Part shown: positions 22,948 through 33,000 of the stretch, piece by piece
Position numbering within the stretch: position 1 is the stretch's first letter
Layout of the letters: each line of letters starts with the position of its first letter
Origin: Dicyema japonicum
Lineage: Eukaryota; Animalia; Dicyemida
Assembly (NCBI GenBank): GCA_011109175.1
Contig: RDEW01000009.1
Location: 1,043,652 to 1,076,651, forward strand
Direction of reading: 5' to 3'
DNA: 33,000 nt
Notes under the pieces: generated by a model
Told to the model about the DNA's origin: nothing
The model's input: only the letters and a program-made list of their open reading frames with translations
Database searches by the model: none
Program-made: the position numbers and the translations under genes

Positions 22948-23449
22948 TAGGAGAACGTGTAATGAACTGTCACCATTATTTCGTGTATTTTAATATATAT
23001 TGTATAATTATTTATTGTGGTTTGTTTAGGATTTGAATAAGTGGAAACCTGATTAATTAGTCGGACGATGATGTACCTCTCTTTCACAAGTGTTTTCATC
23101 GTTTTATAACGGATCAAGTCCATCGTTTTCTTTCCTACTCTGGAGACATTGGAATCTTGTGTTTTGAACCAAGGAAGCATTGGATACGCCTTGGTACTTT
23201 CTTGTCAAAAACTGGAAACCTGGAAAATCTCTCAGAATCGGTTTTTAATTATAGGATTCGACTCCATTATCCTTGTAAGTTTTATATTGAATTGGGGTTA
23301 AAAATCCAGTTTTCTTCAATTTAGATAGAAGTTTGACATCTCATCCTCAATATCATCTGTACTTGGACTTAATCGTGAGGGTCACGGAAAGGAGTCACTA
23401 TTAAGACCAACATTCGTTCTTTTATGGAAGACCTATTTCCCCAGTTACC

Positions 23450-24300
23450 CTACATCTTTTAACCAAATGCGGGAGATACATGGTCAGAACAGGGAAATCG
23501 AAGTGCTTCGTCTCAAGAGAACTGTTCGTTCTAAGTTAATCGAAGATGGACCTCGCGCAGCCATCAAGGCACTTTCTTAAAGTGTACTGAGAAAACCAAC
23601 TCTCGATGACTACAGTATTTTATTGAGAAAGCATCCGTTTCCGTCTCAGAACCTACGCCCAGTCGCTCCCCCGACCAGAGTGAGTCTCCAGACTACATCA
23701 AATTATGAAGTACTCCTCGTAGTAAGGAATTTTGCCCCTAGTAGCAGTGGCAACTCGATGGAATGAGACCTGGCAATCTGAAAGACCTAACTTTTTTTCC
23801 GTTAGAGATCCGGGACGTCGTCTCACGAATTCAATTACCTAACTTATGAATCGGATTCTGTCCGTGATTACTTCTCGAAGTTGCCCCCACGTTCTGTTCT
23901 CCGTCAACTTGATAGTCTTCGATAAGAAAACTGTAGAGTACGACTGGTTACGGTCGAGTTTGTCTTCAGGAAGCTAGCTGCCAAGTCGGAGTTTTTCTAG
24001 GATGCGAGGTCGCTGTATATTCCGTTAGAACATTCTGGAGTCGTGAATTGAAAGATGACCTAATATTTTTGAAATTGTGAATCAGTCTTATAGTCTACCT
24101 TCATCCTTACTATTCGGGGACTACGTAATCCCACCGTCTACCCGAATGCAACATGGAGATCACCTTGAATCCCTTTGTTCTGTCTTTCAATCGAAATAAT
24201 CAACAAACTTCATCACCTGCCCCTCAACCTGTATTATCTGGATGATGGTGTTCTTGGAGGACTCCAAGATACTGTCTTGAGGGATTTGGAGGTTTGATGA
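23450..24300 (+). mobile_element. CRE-clade reverse transcriptase remnant
   Basis: DGMRPGNLKDL, LIVFDKK...VRLVTVEFVFRKLAAK, QHGDHL..PLFCLSI and LNLYYLDDGVLGG match CRE RT motifs. Confidence 0.8.
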
Positions 24301-25449
24301 ATCCTCATGGAAGTAGGCCACACTGCTGGTCTGACTCGGATGGATTGGAAGACTCGGAGGAGCTATTTCTTGAAGATGTAACTTCTGTTTCTAAACGATC
24401 TGAAAAAAACCACAATTTTAGAAATCGGAAATGCTATCGTGGTTTGGAGATCTGGTGATCGACGATGATTTTGACAGCAAACTGTATTTCGAGGGTTAGA
24501 AATTTTTGCAGGCAAATGTGGTTAGTGATAACCTTCATAGAGTTAATTGGAAAATTCTTTGAATCGTCAGCGATAATAGATTAAGGTCCTTTATATGACT
24601 TAAGGGTTGGCCAAGCAGCACTGTTATTCCATGGGAAGGATGAAGTAACCCATTATAGATAGTCGGAGACAAGAGTGATTTTTGGTAGGCTTTCTAGGCC
24701 GATTTGTCTTAAAGCCTGTGAGGTTGACAAAGCACCCTCTTGCTACTGGAGAGTGTCAAAGAGTCCATTGAATGTTCGTGACCGTAATTTTTCTGGTACT
24801 TTAGCACTTAAGTCTCGATTGCAGTTATTGCTCCTGGAAGATGCAGGTAAGTTATCCACAATTGATAAATCATGGTGAGTAGGTACTAGATTGACATTTT
24901 TGCACCTTGAGGATTCATCTAATGGGTAATATAAGTTTTCTTTCAAATCAGTCGGACGCTGTCCTAAGACAAGAAACGCAAAGGAAAGAAGACAGATGAA
25001 GGCGTATCGAGTGTTGTCCTGATATTTTTGATGATCAACCTAAAAAAGACGGCGCTCAGTCGTGATGAATCAAAAGTTAGATAGAGACGAGAGTTGATTG
25101 AGATAAAGACACTTATAAACATAAGATAAGATGAAGACAGGTGAGGGAGAAAGATAATTCCTTTAACGAGAGTCCCCAAGGATGACTGGTGTGACCAGTT
25201 ACAAAGGAATTTGTCGGTCTTTTTAGTCAACTTGTAACATCCAAAATGTCCGACGTTTAAACAATAAAAACATTGTTTCTTCATTCCGAATTGACCCATT
25301 ATAATACGGTCTGCAAGCACAATCTGGTTGAGTTTTCTGTTCAATTAACTTTCGACAAACTTAGACAAACCCCAAAAGACGTATTTTCCATGGTAACGCG
25401 AAAAATTAATAATTTTTAGTAAAAATGATGTTTTTGTGAAAAATTCAAA

Positions 25450-25660
25450 GTAAAGTTTTTATGAAAAGTCTCCATTATGGCCTGAGGCATTGAGCACGGA
25501 TTTACCTCCCACTACGTGGTTGTGAGCCAAATTATCTGTAAAAGCCATCCCGTCATTCTAGCTTCACCCTTCCGATTCTTCGAAATCTGATAAAATAAGT
25601 TCTCGGGCCAATAACGCTAGACAAGGTCAAAGAAAAAATCAAAGTCATTGATGAAAAGCT
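25450..25660 (+). mobile_element. Possible Tc1/mariner C-terminal fragment
   Basis: WP..STDL.P..YVV, resembling WPP.SPDLNP.D; frameshifted. Confidence 0.3.
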
Positions 25661-25733
25661 TAATAGAACTAAAATTAAAACAAAAAGAATACAAAATTTT
25701 ATTATAAAAAGCATAAAAATAATAATTATAATA

Positions 25734-26320
25734 CAGTCGGACCCCGGGTGGAGCATTCGAGTGCCCCAAAAAGTGTGAGTAACTTTAAAATATTATCTTC
25801 GACAAAAGATTTTGTTTGAAATTTTTTGAAAAAAGCTGTTTCGTCACAATTAAATATATTGTTGAGACCAAATGTTCGATAATAATAATTCAAATTATCG
25901 AAAGAAGATTTATTCCCACTAATTGATTTGAAAAACAATTCATGTCTCTTCTTGAACCGTTCAAGCCAACCATTTGACGCTTTGAATTGGGTAAAATTTA
26001 TTTTTTGAAATGTTTTTGTTCCTGAAACTGGAAAATAATTTTCTCTTAAGCGGCGAAAATAACTGTAAATTAGGTCATCAAAAATAGCTTTGATTTAAGG
26101 ACTTTGAATTCAAACTAAATTCAGTTTCTTGATCTTGAACAGATCCCGTATTCAGAACCCAAATATATTTTTCTTTATCCAAATAATGGTACCAATCATA
26201 CATAGAATTTAAGATGGAGCTTTGCTAGTGTTATATTTCTTGACTGGTACTCTCTCTCAGATAATTAATTATTTTCTAATGATTTGGAAAATTTAACTTT
26301 AGTGTCAAAAGTGTCAGGAA
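25734..26320 (-). mobile_element. pogo/Tigger DNA transposon remnant
   Basis: FKASNGWLERFKKRHEL.FKSISG...IFNCDETA; TA followed by the TIR-like end cagtcggaccccg at 25732-25746. Confidence 0.88.
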
Positions 26321-26344
26321 CCTAACAGTAATTATTATAGGCAA

Positions 26345-26515
26345 CTATCGTAAAAACATAATTGTTATATTTCCACACATGCGATTTTTCGGGCCAATCT
26401 CGTCCATCCTCCCCTGTTGCACGATAAACCTCTCATAGCATCCAAATCCTCCCCACTTACGTGCCTCCGATTGATTGCCTTGAGATCCTCATCCAGCACC
26501 CCAAGTAACCACGAT
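26345..26515 (-). mobile_element. RTE-like LINE extreme 3' fragment
   Basis: LDEDLKAINRR..SGEDLDAMRGLSCNRGGW, similar to LDGDL...EDDLDELR at 15690-15770. Confidence 0.55.
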
Positions 26516-26689
26516 GAAAAATAATTTAAAATCACACGTGTAAAGTATATTATAAATAAAATAAGTGTTTAATCATAAAATAAATTAAATAAATTATGGT
26601 ACTTCAAAGTGGGGTTATTAAATTTTTTCATAAATTTAAAAATTGGTAGAAAATGACTTTTACGCACTGAGTTGACCAATTGACTATGC

Positions 26690-26989
26690 GGTCGGATAGC
26701 GCAGTGTAACGGTTGCCGGCAAGAGGCCTTAAGGTCGCTAGTACGAATCCCGATACTGTACATTCGGTTAAAGGTTCCACGCATCAATACGCGGTCATCA
26801 GTGAACTTTTCACTGCGGAATCAGATTGTCTCTATAGGACATACACCCAAAAAAAACAAAGAAGTGAAGAGCATTTCTCGATTTTCCGTCATTGATTAGC
26901 TATGATAACTGTTCTTTGCTTAAATAAAGTGTGTGTTCTGCCTGAAGGTACGATACCTGATATGTCTCCTCAGAAAGTGCATTGTTGTT
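26690..26989 (+). mobile_element. tRNA-derived SINE family A, copy 3
   Basis: A box TAGCGCAGTG at +8; B-box-like GTACGAATCC; shared core (partly deleted) and tail. Confidence 0.88.
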
Positions 26990-27140
26990 AATTGGTAGGA
27001 AATTTGTCATCAGAAAAAAATGCCTCAAATACCGAGGGTGCCCCATAGCCAGGGTGTGCTCCAAACTGAGGTCAGACTGTAGTAAAAATTTGTAGGCCCA
27101 TAACACCCCCCATTAGTATATAATGGATGATAGTCATGGA

Positions 27141-27408
27141 CAATATTATTTCCAAATGCATAAGGACAACCACCATCATGTTTTAATTGTTGATCACATG
27201 CAAATACAGTTTCTTTAAGCATATTGTGTCACATGATGGCATGATGCCTATGGGCAACCTGTTTTTTTCGTGTTCAATATTATTTCCAAATGCATAAGGA
27301 CAACCACCATCATGTTTTAATTGTTGATCACATGCAAATACAGTTTCTTTAAGCATATTGTGTCACATGATGGCATGATGCCTATGGGCAACCTGTTTTT
27401 TACGTGTT
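27141..27408. repeat. Near-perfect tandem duplication, 134-bp unit x2
   Basis: Unit starts caatattatttccaaatgc at 27141 and 27275. Confidence 0.95.
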
Positions 27409-27539
27409 TCTATATTAACAAGATATCAATTGCTAGATTTAACAAAGAATTTATTTAAAATAATAGTAAACAATTATTTTTTTAAGTCTTGACATTAAGA
27501 CCGATCTTCTTCCGTCAGAAAATTCAACCTACAAATAAA

Positions 27540-28155
27540 TTCGAAAAATATATTCGGCGCATTTTCCTTTCTGTAGCACAACGCAATATCCCTGAGCGCG
27601 TTTGGATATCCTTATGGATAGCGCTTACATCACTAGCCATTCCAGAGGAGGGCGCCTGCCTTCTTTCCTCGCAATATCCCTGAGCGCGTTTGGATATCCT
27701 TATGGATAGCGCTTACATCACTAGCCATTCCAGAGGAGGGCGCCTGCCTTTTCTTCTGTAGTACCTTCTCTGTAGCTTTTCGCTACAGGGGGCATCTTGA
27801 ATGGCTCGCCCTGTGTCCTTCCTCGCCACAGTTCACGCACTTGAGAGATCTGACTTTTGATTGGCAGGCCTTCCGCGAACTTGGACCTCCGCAATTTAGA
27901 TCATTTCTGCCTCTGCTCTAGCAAAGCCTGACCTTCATGGTCAAGAGTCTTCTCCCCTTTCTTGTGGAGTTTTTCTTGATGTGTTCGACTACATTATCAT
28001 CCACGAAGTCCAGAGGAACTCCGAAGACTAGCAGTATTGAATCCAAAGCCTTAGGAATGACCCGTGGCATGTTATGTGCCCCGGGCCCAAAAGGTACCTT
28101 AGCATTGACCTTAGCTTTGAAAGCTGACGAGTCGTCCTTTAAAGCATCTCTTAAG
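27540..28155 (-). mobile_element. I/Jockey-group LINE ORF1 (gag-like zinc knuckle) fragment
   Basis: NCGGPSSRKAC and KCVNCGEEGHRASHSRCP are CCHC-type knuckles. Confidence 0.75.
27582..27750. repeat. Tandem duplication, 88-bp period x2
   Basis: cgcaatatccctgagcgcg...cgcctgcctt at 27582 and 27670. Confidence 0.95.
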
Positions 28156-28529
28156 TAAGAGATATGGAAAATTCAACATTCCCATAAAATATTATATTTT
28201 TCTGGAATATTTTTTTGTATGCAAAAATCTTGAACGATCACCATTTACAAGTGGGTTTCATCTCCCTATCATTTTGTAGCATAATTACGTCGTTCATATC
28301 GTGAAATGGCCCCATAATCCAGTCTCATAAATCTATATTCCTTCATGTTTTTCAAGTGTCATTAAATATTAAAGAAAAGAAAACTTTTAAGTTGTTGAGA
28401 TGAAATAGACAACGTGATCTGCAAGTAAGTGTAAAAGAGATTATTAGTTGCCCCTAGAACCTGTATAGTGGTCAAGTGACTGAACGGATAACACAATAGT
28501 TGTTGCTCGTTTCTGTATGAAGAGTGGCG

Positions 28530-28948
28530 GTATTTTTGGAAACAAAGATAACAGCATAAATTGATATATCCCCATTGGAGAACCTGGTGGATGTTGAAAC
28601 AATCCAAGAAAGAACCAAGGGCACCTGGGTCGAAAACATCAAATTACTGAAAGACGTATCCGTCACAGAATGGTACTAGGAATCAGCCACTACGACGTTG
28701 CAAGAATAATTATCAGGAGTTTCCTACAACGAGACCTCACAGAATCAAAAATTGAGATTTTTTCACATCTGCAGAAGAAACAACGGCTACCATCCATGCG
28801 AATCTCTCTCAAATGGCTTCCAATACATTGGTTGCATACCTCTTTTATCAGTGATGGTACAACTGGTGACAATAACCATCGCTGCAATGATTCTCGCGCA
28901 AAAAATTAACCAATGCTTACAAAAACAATCATAACTACGGCGATTTTT
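28530..28948 (+). mobile_element. Possible Tc1/mariner transposase remnant
   Basis: PRAPGRKHQIT...ARIIIRSFLQRDL...KWL...FISDG resembles the GRP linker, second HTH and FSDE region. Confidence 0.45.
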
Positions 28949-29869
28949 GTAGTAAAGTCAAAATTTCATTTTTTTTAATTGTTTAAAACTTATAAAAAAG
29001 TATTTTTTAATAAAAATATTAATATAAATCAAATGTTATAAACTCAAAATTTTTTGTGATGTCAAAGTTCATTGGTTGAATTTTTAAGTTTGCAGCTGAG
29101 GAAAAATTGAAGAAAACACAATTTCCGCAAATTGTGAGTCTATTTGAAAATACAAAAATGAATGTTGAAATTATTGAATTTTCGAATAATGAATATATTT
29201 TAATCTTAAATTTATTTTTTAGCTATAATAATAATTTTCAGAAAAATTACAATAAAATTTCAAAATATTGATAGAAAAATTGGACAATAAGTATCGTAGA
29301 GAATAATCCATTTTTATAGGTTACCGAAATAAATATTTATTTTGATAAAAAACATCAAACTATTTGATGAAACAATAATATATATAATATTTAAGAAAAA
29401 ATATGACAATATAAAAATATGAAAAAACACTAGAAAAATTAAGCATTTTTCTAAAATTTCTAATCGATCCAATTCAATTTTTTTTATTTTTCCATTAAAA
29501 ACATTTATTTACAAGCAATGTTGAAAAAGTGTTTCGTTGGCCATAAACGAACATAAACTATTTAAACATTTCAAGACCACGGTAAAAAATCGAAACTAGC
29601 AATCATGTGGTCTCGATGTGTTCTAATAAAATCCTCATCTTTGCCCGAGTTCCTCTCTCGATCTCACACATGTACGTATCGGGCGGCTGTTTGCAGAGGT
29701 GCATTGAGTCATCCGGGAATCTAGCCGCATGATGACTTCCAGGGGAGTCGGTCTGGTCCGGATCCATGTTCCCAGAGAGTCTTGGTTTTGTCATGAGGTG
29801 CCTCTTTTCATGAAATTTTTCCGTATATCTGAAATGTATTAGCAGTTCCGACCTCGATCAGGTTGAGTC

Positions 29870-30065
29870 CATAGCTTGCAGTAACAGAAGCGACATTTGT
29901 TAGCTCTAATTTTGTAATACATGCCTGTCGCTGTGTCAGCTTAGCCTTTCAATTTTTGAGTCTGAAACACGTATTATCGCAAGATCGGTGGTTAGTTTCT
30001 GTAGTTCCCATTTTTCTTGAAATACCTGCCTTTCTTCAAGTTTTCTTTTCTTAGCTGAAATGTCA
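29870..30065 (-). mobile_element. hAT (Charlie-like) transposase N-terminal fragment
   Basis: KKRKLEERQVFQEKWE...LKAKLTQRQ.....ASVTASY. Confidence 0.55.
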
Positions 30066-31346
30066 TTTTAAATGGGATGTTTGTCCAATTCTTTAAAGGC
30101 AATATAATAACCGGCACGATTTCACAAATTCAATTTATTACTGTTTTGAAATTTGTTAAAATTTTAGGTATCGGAAAACAATTTCAGTATCATATGTTCC
30201 CAGTACTCCGACAAACACATGGAAGCACATATCTTGTGAGACAGTATCTTTGTACTGGGAACGGTCGTATATAAGGGAGAGAGTATATTTTAAGCGTATG
30301 AACATCTTCTGACCAGAAATCTACTGCTTTTCTTTGCTGGTGTCATTTTAATGACACGGTCTTCCCCAATGCCGGACTGTATAACAATCTGGAACTAAGG
30401 ATGGGTCGAAGATTGTATGAATTACAAGTCCATTGTCGTCTGTTTCGTTAATAGTTACTGCTTGCAAAAGGCCACGTGTTTGACATCCTATTCTAAACTT
30501 TCTATAACGAAAGATGTTCGTGTCCTCTCGTGCAAATGATGAGAATTTATCAGAAATTTTTGATTGGTATGCTAAGAGACTTGAAATATGATGATTCCTA
30601 GATTTAAATTTTTGTTCTATAGTTTTTAATATATAAATTGTTTTTTAATAATAATTAATTTAAATTACTAAAAAACTATTTAGCACGCTTTTATTAACAC
30701 GCGACTGATGGTTTTTGTTGTTAATGACCAACATGTTAATGGAACTTCGAGCCAAATATGTCTTTGGTGGACCGCGTTCTCCACGGATACAAAGTCAAGT
30801 AGAGGTAAAAAATAAATTATAAATTTAGATTTAACCAATCAACAAAAAAATGGATTTCCTCCACATCTGCTTCCAGTGGAGAGTATGGGAGCTATGTTTA
30901 TCATTTAAAAAAAATTGTTTTTGATTACAACAATTAGATACTCGAGACAACGAAACAAATGACATTCTTCATACTTATGGGATGTAAGTATTCACAGAAG
31001 CAATTCCGGAGGATTTGTCGAATTTTCTGCCTTATAAAGTGGATGAAGCAAGGGGGAGGCACGAATATATACGCAAATGCAGGACAAAATATGATTGAAA
31101 AAAGAAGGTGGAGAAACGACGAATAAACTTTAAAAGTTGATAAAAAGGTCCTTAAAAGAGGAGATCATGGCGACAATGGTATTGTACGATGAGCTTGACT
31201 GCACCATCTATGAAGTAACCAAAATTGAGGAAGATAATTGTTTTCTCAATAACAATGAGGATGAAAAAATTCAAAGGTCATGCATAAATTAAAGTGATCG
31301 AAAACGCTAAATAAATTAATAAATTATGTTTAATAATTTACACTTT

Positions 31347-31500
31347 TAAGGGTTAGGGTTAATGTTTATAGTTTTTAGTTAGAATTAGTGTTTAAGGTTT
31401 TTTGTTAGGGTTAGTGTTTTGGGTTTTTAGCTAGGGTTAATGTTTAGGTGTTTTGGTTAGGATTTAAGGGTTTTTTGTTAGGGCTGTTTAGAGTTAAAGT
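31347..31500 (+). repeat. 26-bp-period minisatellite containing TTAGGGTTA
   Basis: Units start at 31353, 31379, 31405, 31431, 31457 and 31478; consensus about ttagggttagtgtttagggtttttag. Confidence 0.85.
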
Positions 31501-32035
31501 TTCAGGTATATGGATAAGAGAACAAGGCTTAAATTAATTATTTTGGTAAAGCTATGCTCGTTATTTTAGTAGTTATTTAAATTACTAGATTTTATTTATT
31601 TTATATTTTTTAAACAAAATAAAATTATTTTAGCACGAGGATTACCATTGCTTTGTGACATTTGGTGGTTTATTTTTAATTTTGGTCCTCTCAATTTTTG
31701 CGTTCTACAGAATATTTAATATCAGAGGTAACCTTATTGGGTATATTTAAGTTGATTCTGCTATAGAAAATTTTGTAATTTTATTAGCCTCGACCATGTG
31801 TAGGCCGAGGCAACGTACTGGCCGTGACATATTACAATAATGATCGTAAAAAATACCCTTAAAGTAATTACCACCAAATAATATATTGTAAATATCAGAT
31901 CTCCACTGATTTGAAAAGTGTAATTTTTGAAACCAAATAGTCAACCAAGTGTATCATTTTAATTACTATTCTACAGGTTCACTGATAAAAATTTTTTCAT
32001 CCATCTACCGACTTTTGGATTAATGAGGTCATTAA

Positions 32036-32350
32036 GACTGTGTGGCGCAGTGTGACATTTTGCCGGCAAAAGGCCTGAATTTCGAATCTGGATATTGTAC
32101 ATTTCGAATGAAGGTTCCACGCATCAATATGCTTTGGCTTGAGGAGTGACGTCGTCATCAGTGAACATTTCACTGCGGAACCGGATCGTCTAAGAAAGAC
32201 ATTCACCCAAGAAAAAGAAAAAACCAAAGAAGTAAAGAGCTTTCCTTAATTCTCGTTCATCAATTAGCTGTGATAACTGTTCTTTGCTTAAAATATAGTG
32301 TGTGTTCTGCCTGAGACGAGCGATGGCTGATATGACTCCTCGGAAAGTGC
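32036..32350 (+). mobile_element. tRNA-derived SINE family A, copy 4
   Basis: A box TGGCGCAGTG at +8; TTCGAATC; shared core and tail. Confidence 0.88.
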
Positions 32351-33000
32351 GATAGTCATATTTCAGGGCAAAATTATTATTAAGACTTTTTACTGATGGC
32401 GCGGTAATTTAGCTTCAAATTTACTTTACGAAAAACCATAATTTACAAAAAATCATGCAAAAATTTATATAAAACTGCTCATTTCTGCATTCCTCCAATA
32501 ATAATGAAATTGTTAAGTTCTCAAATACAAAAATTGTTCGTCAATGTTTTAACCATCGACAGCCCTTAGGTTTTGGTCCCAATCGGTCCACTATCATTTA
32601 TGAAGTTGAAATTGACAGAGAAACTACAAATTATCGATGTCACCCAATAGTTGATGCATTCTAATGTTCATTGATCGTTTCGATCTTGACTTTTTGGCGA
32701 TATATTTGTCTGCCGTTGTCTCCTTCTGTCTGAAGTGTGGTGGTCCTCTCAAAGACGAGCTTCAGTTATATAACTATTACCACCAATTCCGACCAATTAT
32801 CAAGTTGTTTGTCATCGCCGAAGTTGTCATTATTACCAACAACGTGGGGGATACTTGGCCGATATCAAACATTTTGACTTTTCCTTTATGATTTGTAACA
32901 TACTGTACACCATCTCCGCTTATTATGGACTGACTGTCATCACAGAATCAAACGAAGTCTAAATTCTCCCAAAAGACTATATTCGGTTTACTGTTTGGAC

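Noticed and set aside
10570-24960. Penelope-like RT/GIY-YIG fragments (10570-10950, 11850, 18460, 23250, 24600)
   Set aside because: Only short PYIxG- or LPKI-like words; too weak without a profile search.
26690-26760. tRNA gene
   Set aside because: Has A- and B-box-like motifs but no cloverleaf or acceptor stem; it is the head of a multi-copy SINE.
8594-28948. Inverted 20-nt motifs as TIRs of a 20-kb giant element
   Set aside because: No TSD seen and similarity does not extend; better explained as two oppositely oriented copies of one family.
32560-32900. Tc1-like HTH text on the minus strand, and ORF 32664-32891
   Set aside because: Similarity too weak; no catalytic motif or TIR identified.

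Overview
AT-rich eukaryotic genomic DNA, probably metazoan, made up mostly of decayed transposons. Non-LTR retrotransposon remnants include RTE-like, I/Jockey-group RT and ORF1, and CRE-clade pieces. DNA transposon remnants include hAT (Charlie/SPIN-like and Buster-like, two with TIRs and TSDs), pogo/Tigger, Tc1/mariner and MULE. Host-gene content is a split PRP8 pseudogene that keeps 22-26 nt GT-AG introns, and an apparently intact 91-aa orphan gene with a 22-nt intron. These point to a micro-intron genome such as a dicyemid-like parasite (inference). There are two short interspersed families: a tRNA-headed SINE (4 copies), and a ~300-nt element (3 copies) with a LINE-derived tail and a covariation-supported, HDV-ribozyme-like pseudoknot core. 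The second family is the most interesting signal. All protein assignments come from manual translation and motif recognition; no searches were run, and boundaries of decayed elements are approximate.
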